Below are positions 13,700 through 26,182 of a stretch of DNA of 64,000 nt, piece after piece; within the stretch, counting starts at the first letter, position 1; each line of letters opens with the position of its first letter. The notes beneath the pieces were generated by a model. That model ran no database searches, was not told the origin of the DNA, and saw only the letters and a program-made list of their open reading frames with translations. The translations under genes were made by a program, and so were the position numbers. Source of the DNA: Octopus vulgaris (Eukaryota); contig OX597831.1 in the NCBI GenBank assembly GCA_951406725.2, forward strand, positions 29,698,001 to 29,762,000, written 5' to 3'.

Positions 13700-14160
13700 A
13701 TGTAAGTGTGACATATCTGGCTAAGGAGTTTGGTGTTAGAAGAATGGCTATCAACGATTTGAGGAAACAACCATAGAAGCTGTTAAAATTCCATATGGAA
13801 AGTGATGAGCAAAAGTTAACGAAAACTAGAAAAACATTACATGGAGCGTAAAATGAAAAATGAAAATTTCGATCGGAATGATTCGTCAGCATCGGAATGA
13901 ACGTATGCCGCTGAATGGAATGCTGATTATGAAACGAGCAAAATTCTATCATGACGAACTGATTATTGGCGCCAGCAGTCAATATTCAGCAGGCTGATTA
14001 CAGAAATTTAAGAAAGGACACGGTATTTAAATATTTAAAGATTTGTGGTGATAATGTGTCTGCTGGACACGAAGCTGTGGAGGAATTCATTGATGAGTTT
14101 GCCAAGATCGTCGCTGGTGTGAAAATTTAACATTACAAGTCTATAACGCTGATAGACATT
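13700..14160 (+). pseudogene. Decayed pogo/Tigger transposase (CENP-B-type HTH domains and start of DDE domain)
   Basis: Manual translation with stops and frameshifts: VSVTYLAKEFGV..DLRKQ..KLLKF..ESDEQKL..RKTLH..IRQHRNERMPLNGMLIMKRAKFYHDEL..LQKFKKGHG..KICGD..EEFIDEFAKIV..QVYNAD. Confidence 0.88.
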
Positions 14161-14559
14161 GTGAACACAGTGGGAAAGGTGTCCATAGGTAACACGGTGA
14201 AGATGTGCGTTGGACTTATTGGTGGACGAGAGCAGCGTGCATTCATAACAGCACACAAGAAAACATGTCGGCTTATAAATTCAAAAGAGAGACTGCTACG
14301 ACGAAAACCCTTGTTAATGAGGCAGACGTCATTGTAATAACACTAGCGTTATTGTTGCATTGCAAATATGATAATGCTGACCTTTTCAGTTTTCATTGCA
14401 TTTACCTGTAATCAAATTCTGTTTTGTTTTTATACAAAATCTTTAACCTTTTAATCATAATACGATTTCGTAGGTGGATGAAGATAACGTACAGCACTTT
14501 CCAAATCACAATGATGTCATTGATGACGTATCCTCGCTCCCTCAAAACTGATATAAAAC

Positions 14560-14719
14560 CACATTTATATAAAATTAAATTAAGGGTATATCTATAAGCT
14601 ATATTATAATATATAAACAGATACTTGGGATCTTCTAGCTGTTCAATTTTATTGATACAAATGTAAAGGTACTCCGAAATCCGAGAAAACGGGAGTTTCG
14701 GATAAGAGATTCTCAGCTG
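14560..14719 (+). mobile_element. 3' end and TIR of the Tigger4/Zombi-like element
   Basis: CCGAAATCCGAG..TTTCGGATAAGAGATTCTCAGCTG followed by TA, resembling the recalled TIR TTTCGGATAAGGGATACTCAACCTG. Confidence 0.7.
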
Positions 14720-15063
14720 TATATATTTTATCAAAAGCAACATCATCTTATCGAGATTTGAAATCAGAAAGTACAATTTAAAGGGAGGTAGTTCAATACA
14801 AGAAGATATTCTGTCAACTCGCCGCCATTCGCATTCAGGTTTAATTGTTTTGATTTTATTTGTTTGGTTTTACATTTTTATTTTATTTTCCCTCCCTTTT
14901 AAAAGCCCGTTCCATCAGTTTACCATTACTATATGTTATAGATTCATAAATCTGCTCTTCAACACTTGGATTAGTGAAGTCGGAAGTGGCCTAATTCTTC
15001 ATAATCCTTCAATCTTGATTGCTTGCACACACATGCACATACACACACACACGCACACGCACT

Positions 15064-15095
<32 letters not shown>

Positions 15096-15569
15096 ACATA
15101 ATATACAAATATATATATGTCTGTGAACACACACACATACACATGCGTCCACACAGTCACACGTATGTGTCTGTATGTGTATACGTTCGTTTACTTATGA
15201 AGATGTGGAGAATGGTATAAAAGGATCATATTACATGCTTGAATAAGTTAATAAGTATTAAAAAGCGGTGTAGTGCAAACATGAATAAGAAATTTGCCTC
15301 CACTCACTCTCGACAAAAGCATGCCACACTCAGAGTTTAAGTGAATTACTGAGCATCTTTCGGTCTAAGAAGCTCTTCTTCAAGGTGGTCTCTCTACACT
15401 ATGTATCATCAGCGTTGAAAGTCGTAATGTGTACCTTCTTCGACGAGCAGCTCTCATGGAAAGACATTCCTACCAGGCGTAACGATGTCGATGTCATCAT
15501 TGGATTTTTCCCATTTCTTTGAATAATAAGACATCTTTGAAAGGTTCTTATTTCCAGCCACACACATAC

Positions 15570-15781
15570 AGCCTGGACAAGCTTAGATTTTCAGAAAAAG
15601 AAATCAACCAACAGATTCGCACGTTACAAATACAATCTGTCAGTGGAACAGTAAAGCTATGCAAGAATTTTCTCGGGTTTTAAATGTGACATTGTTTTCG
15701 CTATCTACATTCCAAAGATGGACTTTGTTAGAAGCTAGCTCCTTCAGAATAAGAATTTAGATGATTTAAGACAGGAGAAAC
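15570..15781 (+). mobile_element. 5'-truncated non-LTR element 3' end, probably R4/Dong-like
   Basis: Reads SLDKLRFSEKEINQQIRTLQIQSVSGTVKLCKNFLGF*, then a ~100-nt UTR and (CATT)n(CATA)n; clade call from memory. Confidence 0.5.
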
Positions 15782-15904
15782 ATGTACATGCATTCATTCA
15801 TTCATTCATTCATTCATTCATTCATTCATTCATTCATTCATACATACATACATACATACATACATACATACATACATACATACATACATACATACTTTTT
15901 TATT

Positions 15905-16205
15905 TACGCGCCCTTTTCAAGCCTAGCCAGGCTCATGGGCACGGTTTCTGTGGCGTTGTTCCCCCCCCCCCTGCTGGACGGGACGCCAGTCCATCGCAGC
16001 GTTACTCGAGAAACAGGAAGAGAGAGTGAGAGAAAGTTGGGGCGAAAGAGTACAACAGCGGTCGCCACCACTCCCTGCCGGAGCCTCGTGGAGCTTTTAG
16101 GTGTTTTCGCTCAATAAACACACACAACGCCCGGTCTAGGATTCGAAACCGCGATCCTCCAACCGCGAGTCCGCTGCCGTAACCACTGGACCATTGCGTC
16201 TCCAA
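15905..16205 (-). mobile_element. SINE family B, tail 2
   Basis: B head on minus; tail (plus strand GGACGGGACGCCAGTCCATCGCAG) shared with 63660-63937. Confidence 0.85.
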
Positions 16206-16295
16206 ATATACATACATACATACATACATACATACATACATACATACATACATACATACATACATACATACATACATACATACATACATACATAC

Positions 16296-16780
16296 GAAAT
16301 AATTGGGAACCGAAATGTTTCGGATTTCGGAATGATTCCTTATTTGCATCGATAAAATGAGACAGTTTAGTCACAAAAACTCATATCTAAAAATTTCTAT
16401 CTCATAATTCATCTTAAAAATAAACCATGAATGTTGTCTTATATAAATTAGATGCTAGTCCAGTTCACACGGCATGCATCGGTTTCAATCCGGGAACCTT
16501 TCGTTTTTCACCCAAAACAAATCCACAACATTCATTCTAGACTGTCAACCACATAGAAACACTAACGTATTTTAGCTTTTTGGTTTTATTTTTAACAAAT
16601 TTTATTCTTATTATTTGGTCTACAACAGCTACTCAAAAACAAACAGAAAAAAGAAACGAAAAAAATTTCGAATATTTTCTATAATTACCCATTTGTTCCG
16701 CCCCTTGTTACTGGAAAAGATTTTAGATTTCGTGGGATTTCGGTTACAGTGAATTCAGATAAAGGAGTATTAAACACTGT
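16296..16780. mobile_element. MER46-like Tigger MITE
   Basis: Left CGAAATAATTGGGAACCGAAATGTTTCGGATTTCGGA; right AGATTTCGTGGGATTTCGG..CAGATAAAGGAGTATTAAACACTG; similar to ends at 13320-13374 and 14680-14719. Confidence 0.55.
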
Positions 16781-17143
16781 GGTACATTTACAATGGTGAA
16801 TAAAAAGAAGTAAAAAATCGAAACTTCACACAAACTCACACACATACATATTACACCGGTGATGTACATGGATACATATGATACACACGCTGTTTTTTAA
16901 ATTAATTTTATGTGTGTATGTATATAATGAGTGATTGAAATATAATCGCTTCAACGTACACCCAAAGATATCTGAAATGATTAAATGATTGTTAATTAGA
17001 AATAAATGGAAGTAAAACAAAAGAGGCAATATTTTCATCAGTCGCTTATGTATATATGTATATACGTATATATGTGTGTGTGTTTGTGTACTTACATGTA
17101 TATTTATGCATATACATATACACACACATACATGAACACACAC

Positions 17144-17188
<45 letters not shown>

Positions 17189-17218
17189 GGTAGATGGATA
17201 GATAGATAGATAGATAGG

Positions 17219-17280
<62 letters not shown>

Positions 17281-18041
17281 TGTTTCTTTATTAGCCACAC
17301 AGGGCTGCACACAGATAGAACAAATTACAAGGTAGAGCTTTTCTTTTGGGGGTAAAAAAAGAGAGTGGTGGTTTTTGATCAAAAGGGATCGTAAAAGGAA
17401 AGAAAAAGGACAAAAAAAGGGAGGGGTTAAAAAAAGGGGGGGGAATGAATAATAGGGATTGTTATCACAGAAATGTCAATATGAAGTGTAAAGGGGAGGA
17501 CAGGTGAGGTTTACCCGTGGAAAGAAAAGCCTACGGAAAAGACCACGGTAACCTCGGTCAATGAAGTCACATGTTATATTTCTTTTTTTTTTTTTTTTTT
17601 TTTGCAAATAAGCAACTCTCTGTATTAATTTTTATGGTTCATAGAATCATAGTCAAGGTGGCTTCGTCATTCATACGTGCCATCCTTGCTACATTCACCC
17701 ATCTTTTTTTAAAACATTCACTAGACAAAACTTGCCTCTCTACTCTCACTTTCCTCTTCAAGTGATACTTGAAGAAGTTGATGAGAGATTGACCAGAGAG
17801 GAAAGTGTTTGTCTCTAATCCTTTCAGGCGCGTCCACCAGATACATTCTTTCGCCATAGCCACAAGTATGATAAAAATAGCTCTTCCTTCCCGTTTGAAA
17901 GAAGGAGGCGTGACGATATTAACGATAGACTCGGCTGATAAACCGACACGTCCCACACGTGACAGCAGTCGTTCGACATAAGCCCACAGGTCGGAAATTG
18001 CTGGACACTGCACGATTGCGTGCAGAGCGGTTTCGTCGCTC
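17281..18041 (-). mobile_element. 5'-truncated Tx1/L1-group LINE (ORF2 C-terminus and 3' UTR) inside a (GATA)n tract
   Basis: SDETALHAIVQCPAISDLW (ETxxHxxxxC zinc-knuckle end) leading into ORF 17639-18013; UTR ends GTGGCTAATAAAGAAACA+(TATC)n; (GATA)n on both flanks. Confidence 0.85.
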
Positions 18042-18132
<91 letters not shown>

Positions 18133-18399
18133 ACGGTGGTAATGACTTCGAAGTTTGTGGTCATCTGTATGTATATATTGGAGTGTGGCCACACTCGGAT
18201 GGAATCGATCCCAGTGCATAAGTTTGAGTCTCGTACATATTCCGTCATATCTTTCTGGTGATCTGCTAAATGGCAGGAACGCAAACAAACCAACCCAGTT
18301 TCGCAAACGATGAGACAAACCAAAACGCAAAAATCTGCGCTCACACACACACCAATACTCACATAGACATATACTGTGTGTATGTGTGTGTATATATAA

Positions 18400-18433
<34 letters not shown>

Positions 18434-18436
18434 ACA

Positions 18437-19138
18437 GTCGTGGAGGTGTAGCAAGAAGCTTGCTTTCCAACCACGTGGTCCCGGGTTCAGTTCCACTGCG
18501 TGGCACCTTGAGCAAGTTTCTTCTACTATAGCCTTGTGAGTGGATTTGGTAGACGGAAACTGAAAGAAGCACGTCGAATATATACATATATGTGTGTGCG
18601 TGTCCATCATCGCTTGTCAACAGATGCTGGTGTTTATGCCCTAGTAGCCTAGTGGTTCGGCATAAGAGATCAATAGAATATGTATTAGGCTTACAAAGAA
18701 TAAGTCCTGAGCTCGATGTCTTCAATTTAAAGACTCCGCCGGTTACGACGACGAGGGTCCCAGCTGATACGATCAACGGAACAGCTTGCTCGTGAAATTA
18801 ACGTGCAAATGGCTGAGCATTCCACAGACACGTGTACCCTTAACGTAGTTCTCGGGGATAATCAGCGTGACACAGAGAGTGACAAGGCTGACCCTTTGAA
18901 ATACAAGTACAACTCATTTTTGCCAGCTGAGTGGACTGGAGCAACGTGAAATAAAGTGTCTTGCTCAAGGACACAACGCGTCGCCGGGAATCGAACTCAC
19001 AACCTTACGATCATGAGCCGAATGCCCTAACCACTAAGCCACGCGCCCTCACATGTCTTCAATTAAAAACCTCTTTAAAGCAGGGTTCCAGCTTGGCCGC
19101 AGTCAAATAACTGAAACAAGTAAAAGAATAAAAGAATA
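18437..19138 (+). mobile_element. SINE family A interrupted by a C-head/E-tail SINE (18735-19052, minus)
   Basis: A-family sequence on both sides; ATGTCTTCAATT duplicated around the nested copy. Confidence 0.85.
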
Positions 19139-19159
19139 ACGTATATGTTATATGTTACA

Positions 19160-19415
19160 CACTGGGGTCGATGAAATCGACTTAATCCCTTTGTCTGTCC
19201 TTGTTTGTCCCCTCTGTGTTTAGCCCCTTGTGGGTAGTAAAGAAATAGATATTTTGTGTGTCTTTACGTTCTGAGTTCAAATTCCGCCAAGGTCGACTTT
19301 GCTTTTCATCCTTTCGGGAGTCGATAAATTAAGTACCAGTTGTGTAGTGGAGTCGATCTAATCGACTGGCTCTCTCTCCAAAGATTCCAGGCCCTGTGCC
19401 TAGAGTAGAAAAGAA
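19160..19415 (+). mobile_element. SINE family D (Meta-domain-like), partial dimer
   Basis: GAGTTCAAATTCC B box then GGTCGACTTTGCTTTTCATCCTTTCGGGAGTCGATAAATTAAGTACCAG. Confidence 0.8.
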
Positions 19416-19859
19416 AAGAATATGGCTTTCTAAAACAGAAATGTATGGCATGAGGTAAGAAAGTGATGATGGTAAGAGAGTGATGATGGTGGTGGCTGTA
19501 GTACTGTGGTGGTAGAGGTTCTATTAGTAGTGGTGGCGGTCGTGGTAGTAACACTGGTAATATTAGTGGATGTTGTAATAGTAAAGGTGGTAGTGGTGGT
19601 GGTTGTAGTGGTGGTGGTGGTGGTGGTGGTGGGTGTCGTCGTCGTGGTAGTGATAGCGATAATATCAGAGGCGGCGGCTGTAGCAGCAGCAGTAGGAATG
19701 GTAGTGGTAGTAGTAGCAGCAGCAGTGATAGTAGAAGTAGTAGGAGTAGTAGTAGTAGTAGTAGTGATGTAGGTGGCGATTATTGTAATAATGGTGGTGG
19801 TGTTCGTGGTGGTAGTAATAGTGGTGATGACAGTAGTAGTAGTAGTAGTTGTGATTATA

Positions 19860-20690
19860 TTATTGGTAGTTGTAGTGGTGGTCGTGATGGTGGTAGTGGT
19901 GATGTTGGTGGAGGTGGTGGTGGTGGTGGTGATAGTTTTGTTGTTCTTGTTAGTGGTGGTGGTGGTGATACTGGTGGTTGTAGTAGTGGTAGTGGTGGTG
20001 ATAGTGGTGGTGGTGGTGGTGGTGATGGTAGTGGTGATGTTGGTGGTGGTGGTGATAGTTTTGTTGTTCTTGTTAGTGGTGGTGGTGGTGGTGATACTGG
20101 TGGTTGTAGTAGTGGTAGTGGTGGTGGCGGTGGTGTTGGTGGTGTGGTGGTGGTGGTAGTGGTGATGTTGGTGGAAGTGGTGGTGGTGGTGATAGTTTTG
20201 TTGTTCTTGTTAGTGGTGGTGGTGGTGGTGGTGGTGATACTGGTGGTTGTAGTAGTGGTAGTGGTGGTGATAGTGGTGGTGGTGGTGGTGATGGTAGTGG
20301 TGATGTTGGTGGTGGTGGTGATAGTTTTGTTGTTCTTGTTAGTGGTGGTGGTGGTGGTGATACTGGTGGTTGTAGTAGTGGTAGTGGTGGTGGCGGTGGT
20401 GTTGGTGGTGGTGGTGGTGGTGGTAGTGGTGATGTTGGTGGAGGTGGTGGTGGTGGTGATAGTTTTGTTGTTCTTGTTAGTGGTGGTGGTGGTGGTGGTG
20501 ATACTGGTGGTTGTAGTAGTGGTAGTGGTGGTGATAGTGGTGGTGGTGGCGGTGGTGGTAGTGGTGATGTTGGTGGAGGTGGTGGTGGTGGTGATAGTTT
20601 TGTTGTTCTTGTTAGTGGTGGTGGTGGTGGTGGTGGTTGTAGTAGTGGTAGTGGTGGTGATAGTGGCGGTGGCGGTGGTGTTGCTGCCGT
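19860..20690. repeat. Higher-order (GTG/GTA)n minisatellite, 6 units of ~123-138 bp
   Basis: Marker GATAGTTTTGTTGTTCTTGTTAG at 19931, 20054, 20191, 20320, 20458, 20593. Confidence 0.9.
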
Positions 20691-21028
20691 ATTGACGTAT
20701 CCTGCTGAATCCATGCAAAAGTTATAAACCGAGTTTTCCATTTATCACTTCACTCTCCCCTTGAGACCTGCAACACCACACTGGGATGGCACTATGGCAC
20801 AATGTGTGTGGCAGGGAGGTGGGGCGGGGCCATAGGCGTAGTTGCTGTCATGGCGCTGATGGTGCTGATAGTGGTGGTGGTTGTGGTGGTGGTGATGAAG
20901 GTGTTTGTAGAATAGGATTTAAAAAAAATAATATTTTCTGATGTAACAAAACTGATGATAAATAATTCAGACCCACTGCATTAAAAGTGAGCATATGTCT
21001 CTGCGCACGCACACACACATCTATGTAT

Positions 21029-21065
<37 letters not shown>

Positions 21066-21096
21066 CGCGTACACACACACACACATATATATAAGC

Positions 21097-21215
<119 letters not shown>

Positions 21216-21262
21216 GGTAGATAGATAGAGAGAGACAGAGAGAGGTAGATAGATAGATAGAC

Positions 21263-21296
<34 letters not shown>

Positions 21297-21348
21297 GTAG
21301 ATAGATAGATAGAGAGGTAGATAAATAGATGTGTGTACATGTATGTAC

Positions 21349-21389
<41 letters not shown>

Positions 21390-21416
21390 GGGGGGTTGTA
21401 TGTATGTATGTATGTA

Positions 21417-21460
<44 letters not shown>

Positions 21461-21773
21461 TAGTAAACCTTTCGTTTTCACTGAGAAACCTGTGTAATGC
21501 TTGTCATTGTATAATTTAGGAGGCTTACACTTATATTCACATTCATATACATAAACACACACGCACACACGCACACACCTATGTACTGACTGATGTTCAC
21601 CTAAAATCATGTACTTACACACACACATACATATAAAATCTGCTCCTACAAGTCAATCATACATATATACATACATATATACATACATATATACATACAT
21701 ACCAATTCGCATATACTTGTGCATATATGTATAAATCATACATGCGTGTGTTTGGGTCTGCGTATGCACACAT

Positions 21774-21811
<38 letters not shown>

Positions 21812-22669
21812 TGTGTGCAGAAAACACACTACAAGATACGCGTACACACTATCACTTACACATGCACTATCACCCATACACAACCGCATGCCTTCTCACC
21901 GCCTCCATTCGCACACAATTCTACACTTTGCAAGAGACAGCGCCCCCAAGTGAGGTTTATTTTATAAAATGTGATTTAATGATGAATGACAAACATGGCT
22001 GACTTTACACTTTGAGCCTGGTGAGTAGCAGTCTAATCTGTACAGTGCGTTTGGGCAATGTTAGTGTGTATGGTGGAGTCTGTATGCTGTGGTGTATATG
22101 GGGTTGTTTGTATGGTATGCAGTATGGGGTGGTGTTGTGTATGGCAAGGTGGTGTGTATGGCGCGTATTTATAAGGTGTAGTGTACGACGTGGTGTGCGA
22201 TGCGAGTTGTTATGTTTGGTGTGGTGAGGAGTGTTGTGGTGTATGATGTTAGTGTGTTGTGACATACTTTGGTAGAGTGTATTGTATCTGTAGGGTGTCA
22301 TGTGTTGTGTAGGAGGATTTGCGCTGTACTTTGTGTGTAGAATAGTGTGTGTCTGTGCGGTATACGATGCAAGTGGCTCTTTGGGTAGAGATCTGTGGTG
22401 TAGATATGATATTGTTTAGCGCCAGGTTTTGCCAGAATTACATACACACAGATACAGGCACACATATATAGCGCCTCGGACAAAATGTTTTTTGGTATTC
22501 TTTCTGGCTCTTTAGGTTCTGCGTTCAAATTCTGCCATTGTCGACGTTGCCTTCCATCCTCTCTGTGTCAATATACTGAGGTGGGTGGATGTAATCCACT
22601 TGCTTCTTTCTCTTTAAATTGTTGTTGTTGTTTCTGCTGCCGCTGCTGCTGTTGTTCTTTTTGTTGTTA

Positions 22670-23068
22670 AGCAACAAGACGGGTAAGGGTGATTTCCCTG
22701 CGTCCGTTCTGTGGGTTTGGAGACGTCTGGTAGGTGGGGAGCGGAAGTCCACTTTTCCCAGATCCGAAGGACAAGGAGAGGGTCACTGGCCAGAGCGTCT
22801 GGGCGGTGTGTGGAGGGGCATTTGCGGCGGGTGATGGATCCGTGGACAGTCGTAGATGACATATTCCGCCGTCTCCTCTCCCACTCCGCACTTTCTGAAG
22901 GTTCTGTCTATGGCTCGGTCGATCTTGTAGAGCCAGTACTTGAGGTCCGGGTGATGACCATTTCTAAGTCGGCTGAGTGTCACCTGCTGCTTCCCTGGTT
23001 AGAGACGAATCAGCGGTTCTGCTCACTTTATCTCCATGGTCGCCGTAGATCTTCTTGACACTTTCGTG
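22670..23068 (-). mobile_element. 3' fragment of an I-group LINE (I/Nimb/Ingi-like) with (CAA)n tail
   Basis: ORF 22783-22983: LSRLRNGHHPDLKYWLYKI..RKCGVGEETAEYVIYDCP, an RLRxGH motif plus decayed CCHC knuckle; followed by a CAA-rich tail. Confidence 0.8.
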
Positions 23069-24299
23069 TTTGCTGCTGCTGCTAATGTTATAAGCTGAAA
23101 CTTCTCAAACGCAACTCCTGAGTTTTCCGTTGCTGATTATGCAAATGATTGAAGCAAAGAGAATATATCAAAGATATTTGCAAATCTATCGAAATATTAT
23201 TAATAGGCAACAACACATCGACAGTTGATTAGCTGCCAATAGAAAGAAAGAAGATGCTTACAAAACAAGTCACAGGTTCATATATTCAACTGTCATGTCT
23301 AGAAGTCGAGACAGTTCACGTTTCAACGTATGTGCTATTTTCTTTACATCCGTATCATGTTTACGAAGCACGCCTAAACATAGCGACTGTTGTTAAGTAA
23401 ACTTTAATGTTAATGGCTAACTGATTTTTTTTTTTTTTTTGTTAATACAAGTTCAAATACAAGTTCATCTTTCAAGGTATTCCTAATTCATTATTTAGGA
23501 AATTTTAACCGGTACGGAATTATTATGATTTGAAAAAGGCTACATTGAGAGTCAGCGGTTACACCTACTTTAGCCATTAATGTCAGGTTTTCGAGTTCTA
23601 TAAGCATTTATACTGGCTATGACAGCAGCGAATTTCCTTCAGCAGCTGCATATAGCTTGCCTTAATTTTTTATATATTAATCATCTCACATATTGGATCT
23701 CTAAGGAAATACCTAATTGTAATGTTCAGAAAAATACAACTAGCATTTGAATGAATATTATAATTGTGCGCACATATGTACATGCATGCAATTTATGTGT
23801 GCATGCGTGCATGTGTGTTTATACGTGCTTGCGTACACGCATACACAAATAACTGAATAAGTAATGAAGACAATGATATGTTACGATCGTTTCCATGAAA
23901 ATCTTTGTTTACTTGCTCGTTACATATACGGAGTTTTAGTAATGTTGCATAATAATAACCGGAACAAAATATCCATATCATTTCGTCAGACATAGTACGG
24001 AACCATTGGCTTGCAGTTAATTCATTGTAAACGATTATCACTTAACATAACATCGTCTTTCTTTATTCCTTTCTCTGCAATTAATGGCATAATGGCATAA
24101 ATAACACTCTGCCATAAACGTAGTACATTTTGTAATACTAGATTTGTAGAATGCTTAATTATTAGTAATTAATCAATAATTCATGAATTGATTAATTAAT
24201 GAGACATATTGTCAATAATCCTCTTTAAGCACTCTGTTAGTCCAGTATTCGCATAATGTGCTTCTGCGGTGTTAGCCTGATTCTGAAATAAATAAATAA

Positions 24300-24374
<75 letters not shown>

Positions 24375-24445
24375 GGAGTAAACACATAAATGTGAAACAA
24401 GGTGGAAAAAAGAGTACTCGAATACCAGTAGTAGAGTAATATGCT

Positions 24446-24595
24446 TTATTTTAAGCAGCAGAAAATTCAACAAAATCTGTTACTCTGAGTTTCTCGTTGC
24501 CGTTCATCAGACAGTTTTTGCAAAAACTGTCTGATGAACGGCAACGAGAAACTCAGAGTAACAGATTTTGTTGAATTTTCTGCTGCTTAAAATAA
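24446..24595. repeat. Perfect 150-bp palindrome within a Penelope-like terminal fragment (24372-24600)
   Basis: 75-bp arms with no spacer, centre TTTTTG/CAAAAA at 24520/24521; flanked by (TA)n. Confidence 0.95.
24527..24564 (+). ncRNA. Minimal type I hammerhead ribozyme motif (mirror copy 24477-24514 on minus)
   Basis: CUGU-CUGAUGA-ACG-GCAA-CGA-GAAAC-UCAGA-GUA-ACAG; canonical core, GNRA-capped stem II, self-complementary stem III ACUC/GAGU. Confidence 0.75.
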
Positions 24596-24615
24596 GTATA
24601 TATATATATATATAT

Positions 24616-25006
24616 AGGCGCAGGAGTGGCTGTGTGATAAGTAGCTTGTTTACCAACCACATGGTTCCGGGTTCAGTGTCTTCTGCTATAGCCTCGGGTC
24701 GACCAAAGCCTTGTGAGTAGATTTGGTAGACGGAAACTGAAAGAAGCCCGTCGTATATATGTATATATATATATGCGTGTGCGTGTTTGTGTGTCTGTGT
24801 TTGTCCCCCTAGCATTGCTTGACAACCGATGCTGGTGTGTTTATGTCCCCGTTACTTAGCGGTTCGGCAAAAGAGACCGATAGAATAAGTACTGGGCTTA
24901 CAAAAGAATAAGTCCCGGGGTCGAGTTGCTCGATTAAAGGCGGTGCTCCAGCATGGCCGCAGTCAAATGACTGAAACAAGTAAAAGAGTAAAAGAGAGAG
25001 TAAGAG
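24616..25006 (+). mobile_element. SINE family A
   Basis: Head GGCGCAGGAGTGGCTGTGTG through AGTAAAAG tail, small internal deletion. Confidence 0.9.
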
Positions 25007-25017
25007 TATATATATAT

Positions 25018-25200
25018 AGGGACAGTTTACGAAAAAAACAACAAAAGACGAAGACAGGTGGTGTACAAAACAAACAGATGTATTAGTATAACGCTTAGGG
25101 AAGGAAAGAAAGGTGGTTTTACATTTCGAGCAAGGCTCTTCTTCAGAAACAGAAAAGGAAGACGGAGGAAAAACTAAATCGCCAACGATTAATATGTGGT
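25018..25200 (-). mobile_element. Penelope-like terminal fragment with hammerhead motif at 25116-25150
   Basis: Minus: GTTT-CTGAAGA-A-GAGC-CTT-GCTC-GAAA-TG-TA-AAAC; homologous to 39746-39950. Confidence 0.65.
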
Positions 25201-25477
25201 GTGTTTGCGCGCGCGGATATTTTTCAAGACAATTTAAATGTTCATTTGAAAGGACATTTGGAAAGAGAAATGTTTTGGAATTTTGTCTAAATTTGAAGCT
25301 CCATGCTTGAATTGACCATCATCAGATCATACGCCATCGTCCTCATCATCACTACCGTCGTCGTCATCATCACTGCTGTCGCCGTCGTCGATATCTCCGC
25401 CGCCACCGCCATTTTGTGGTCTTCGTCGTCGTCCCCATCCCCTTTCTCCTCCTCCTCAACCTCAACCACCGCATCAC

Positions 25478-25517
<40 letters not shown>

Positions 25518-26040
25518 GAGTATCCAAGAAAAATAACGAAGAAATTTTGGCAATTTCCGAAATAGGAGGCGATGTTGAACGGTGGAGGTGGAACAAGAGA
25601 GGGGATTGGTGCGAAAGAGAGAGAGAGAGAGAGATGGGGGTTAAAAACGAATAGGGGGCTTTTGAAGATTACCTTTGCACTCATGTATACAGCAACTGTG
25701 TGCAACTGTGCGCGCGTGCTTATGTATGTATATGTATATAATGTATGTATGTATATATATATATATTCACGCATACATACAAATATTCACACATATAAAT
25801 ATACAGATGCACACATATATATACATGTGTGTGTATGTATATATATATGTATGTATGCATATATATGTTTGTGTGTATGTATGTATTATTCATCTTTCTC
25901 CTGCTGCTCATCGCATACATATACACACACCTGTAAATGTGTGCGTATACATACTTATATCTCTACATTTATGGACATATATATGTATGAGTGTGTGTAT
26001 ATATACGAATATGTACACGCACACATACATACATATACAT

Positions 26041-26075
<35 letters not shown>

Positions 26076-26112
26076 CACATACATACATATATATATATAT
26101 ATACATATAAAT

Positions 26113-26182
<70 letters not shown>

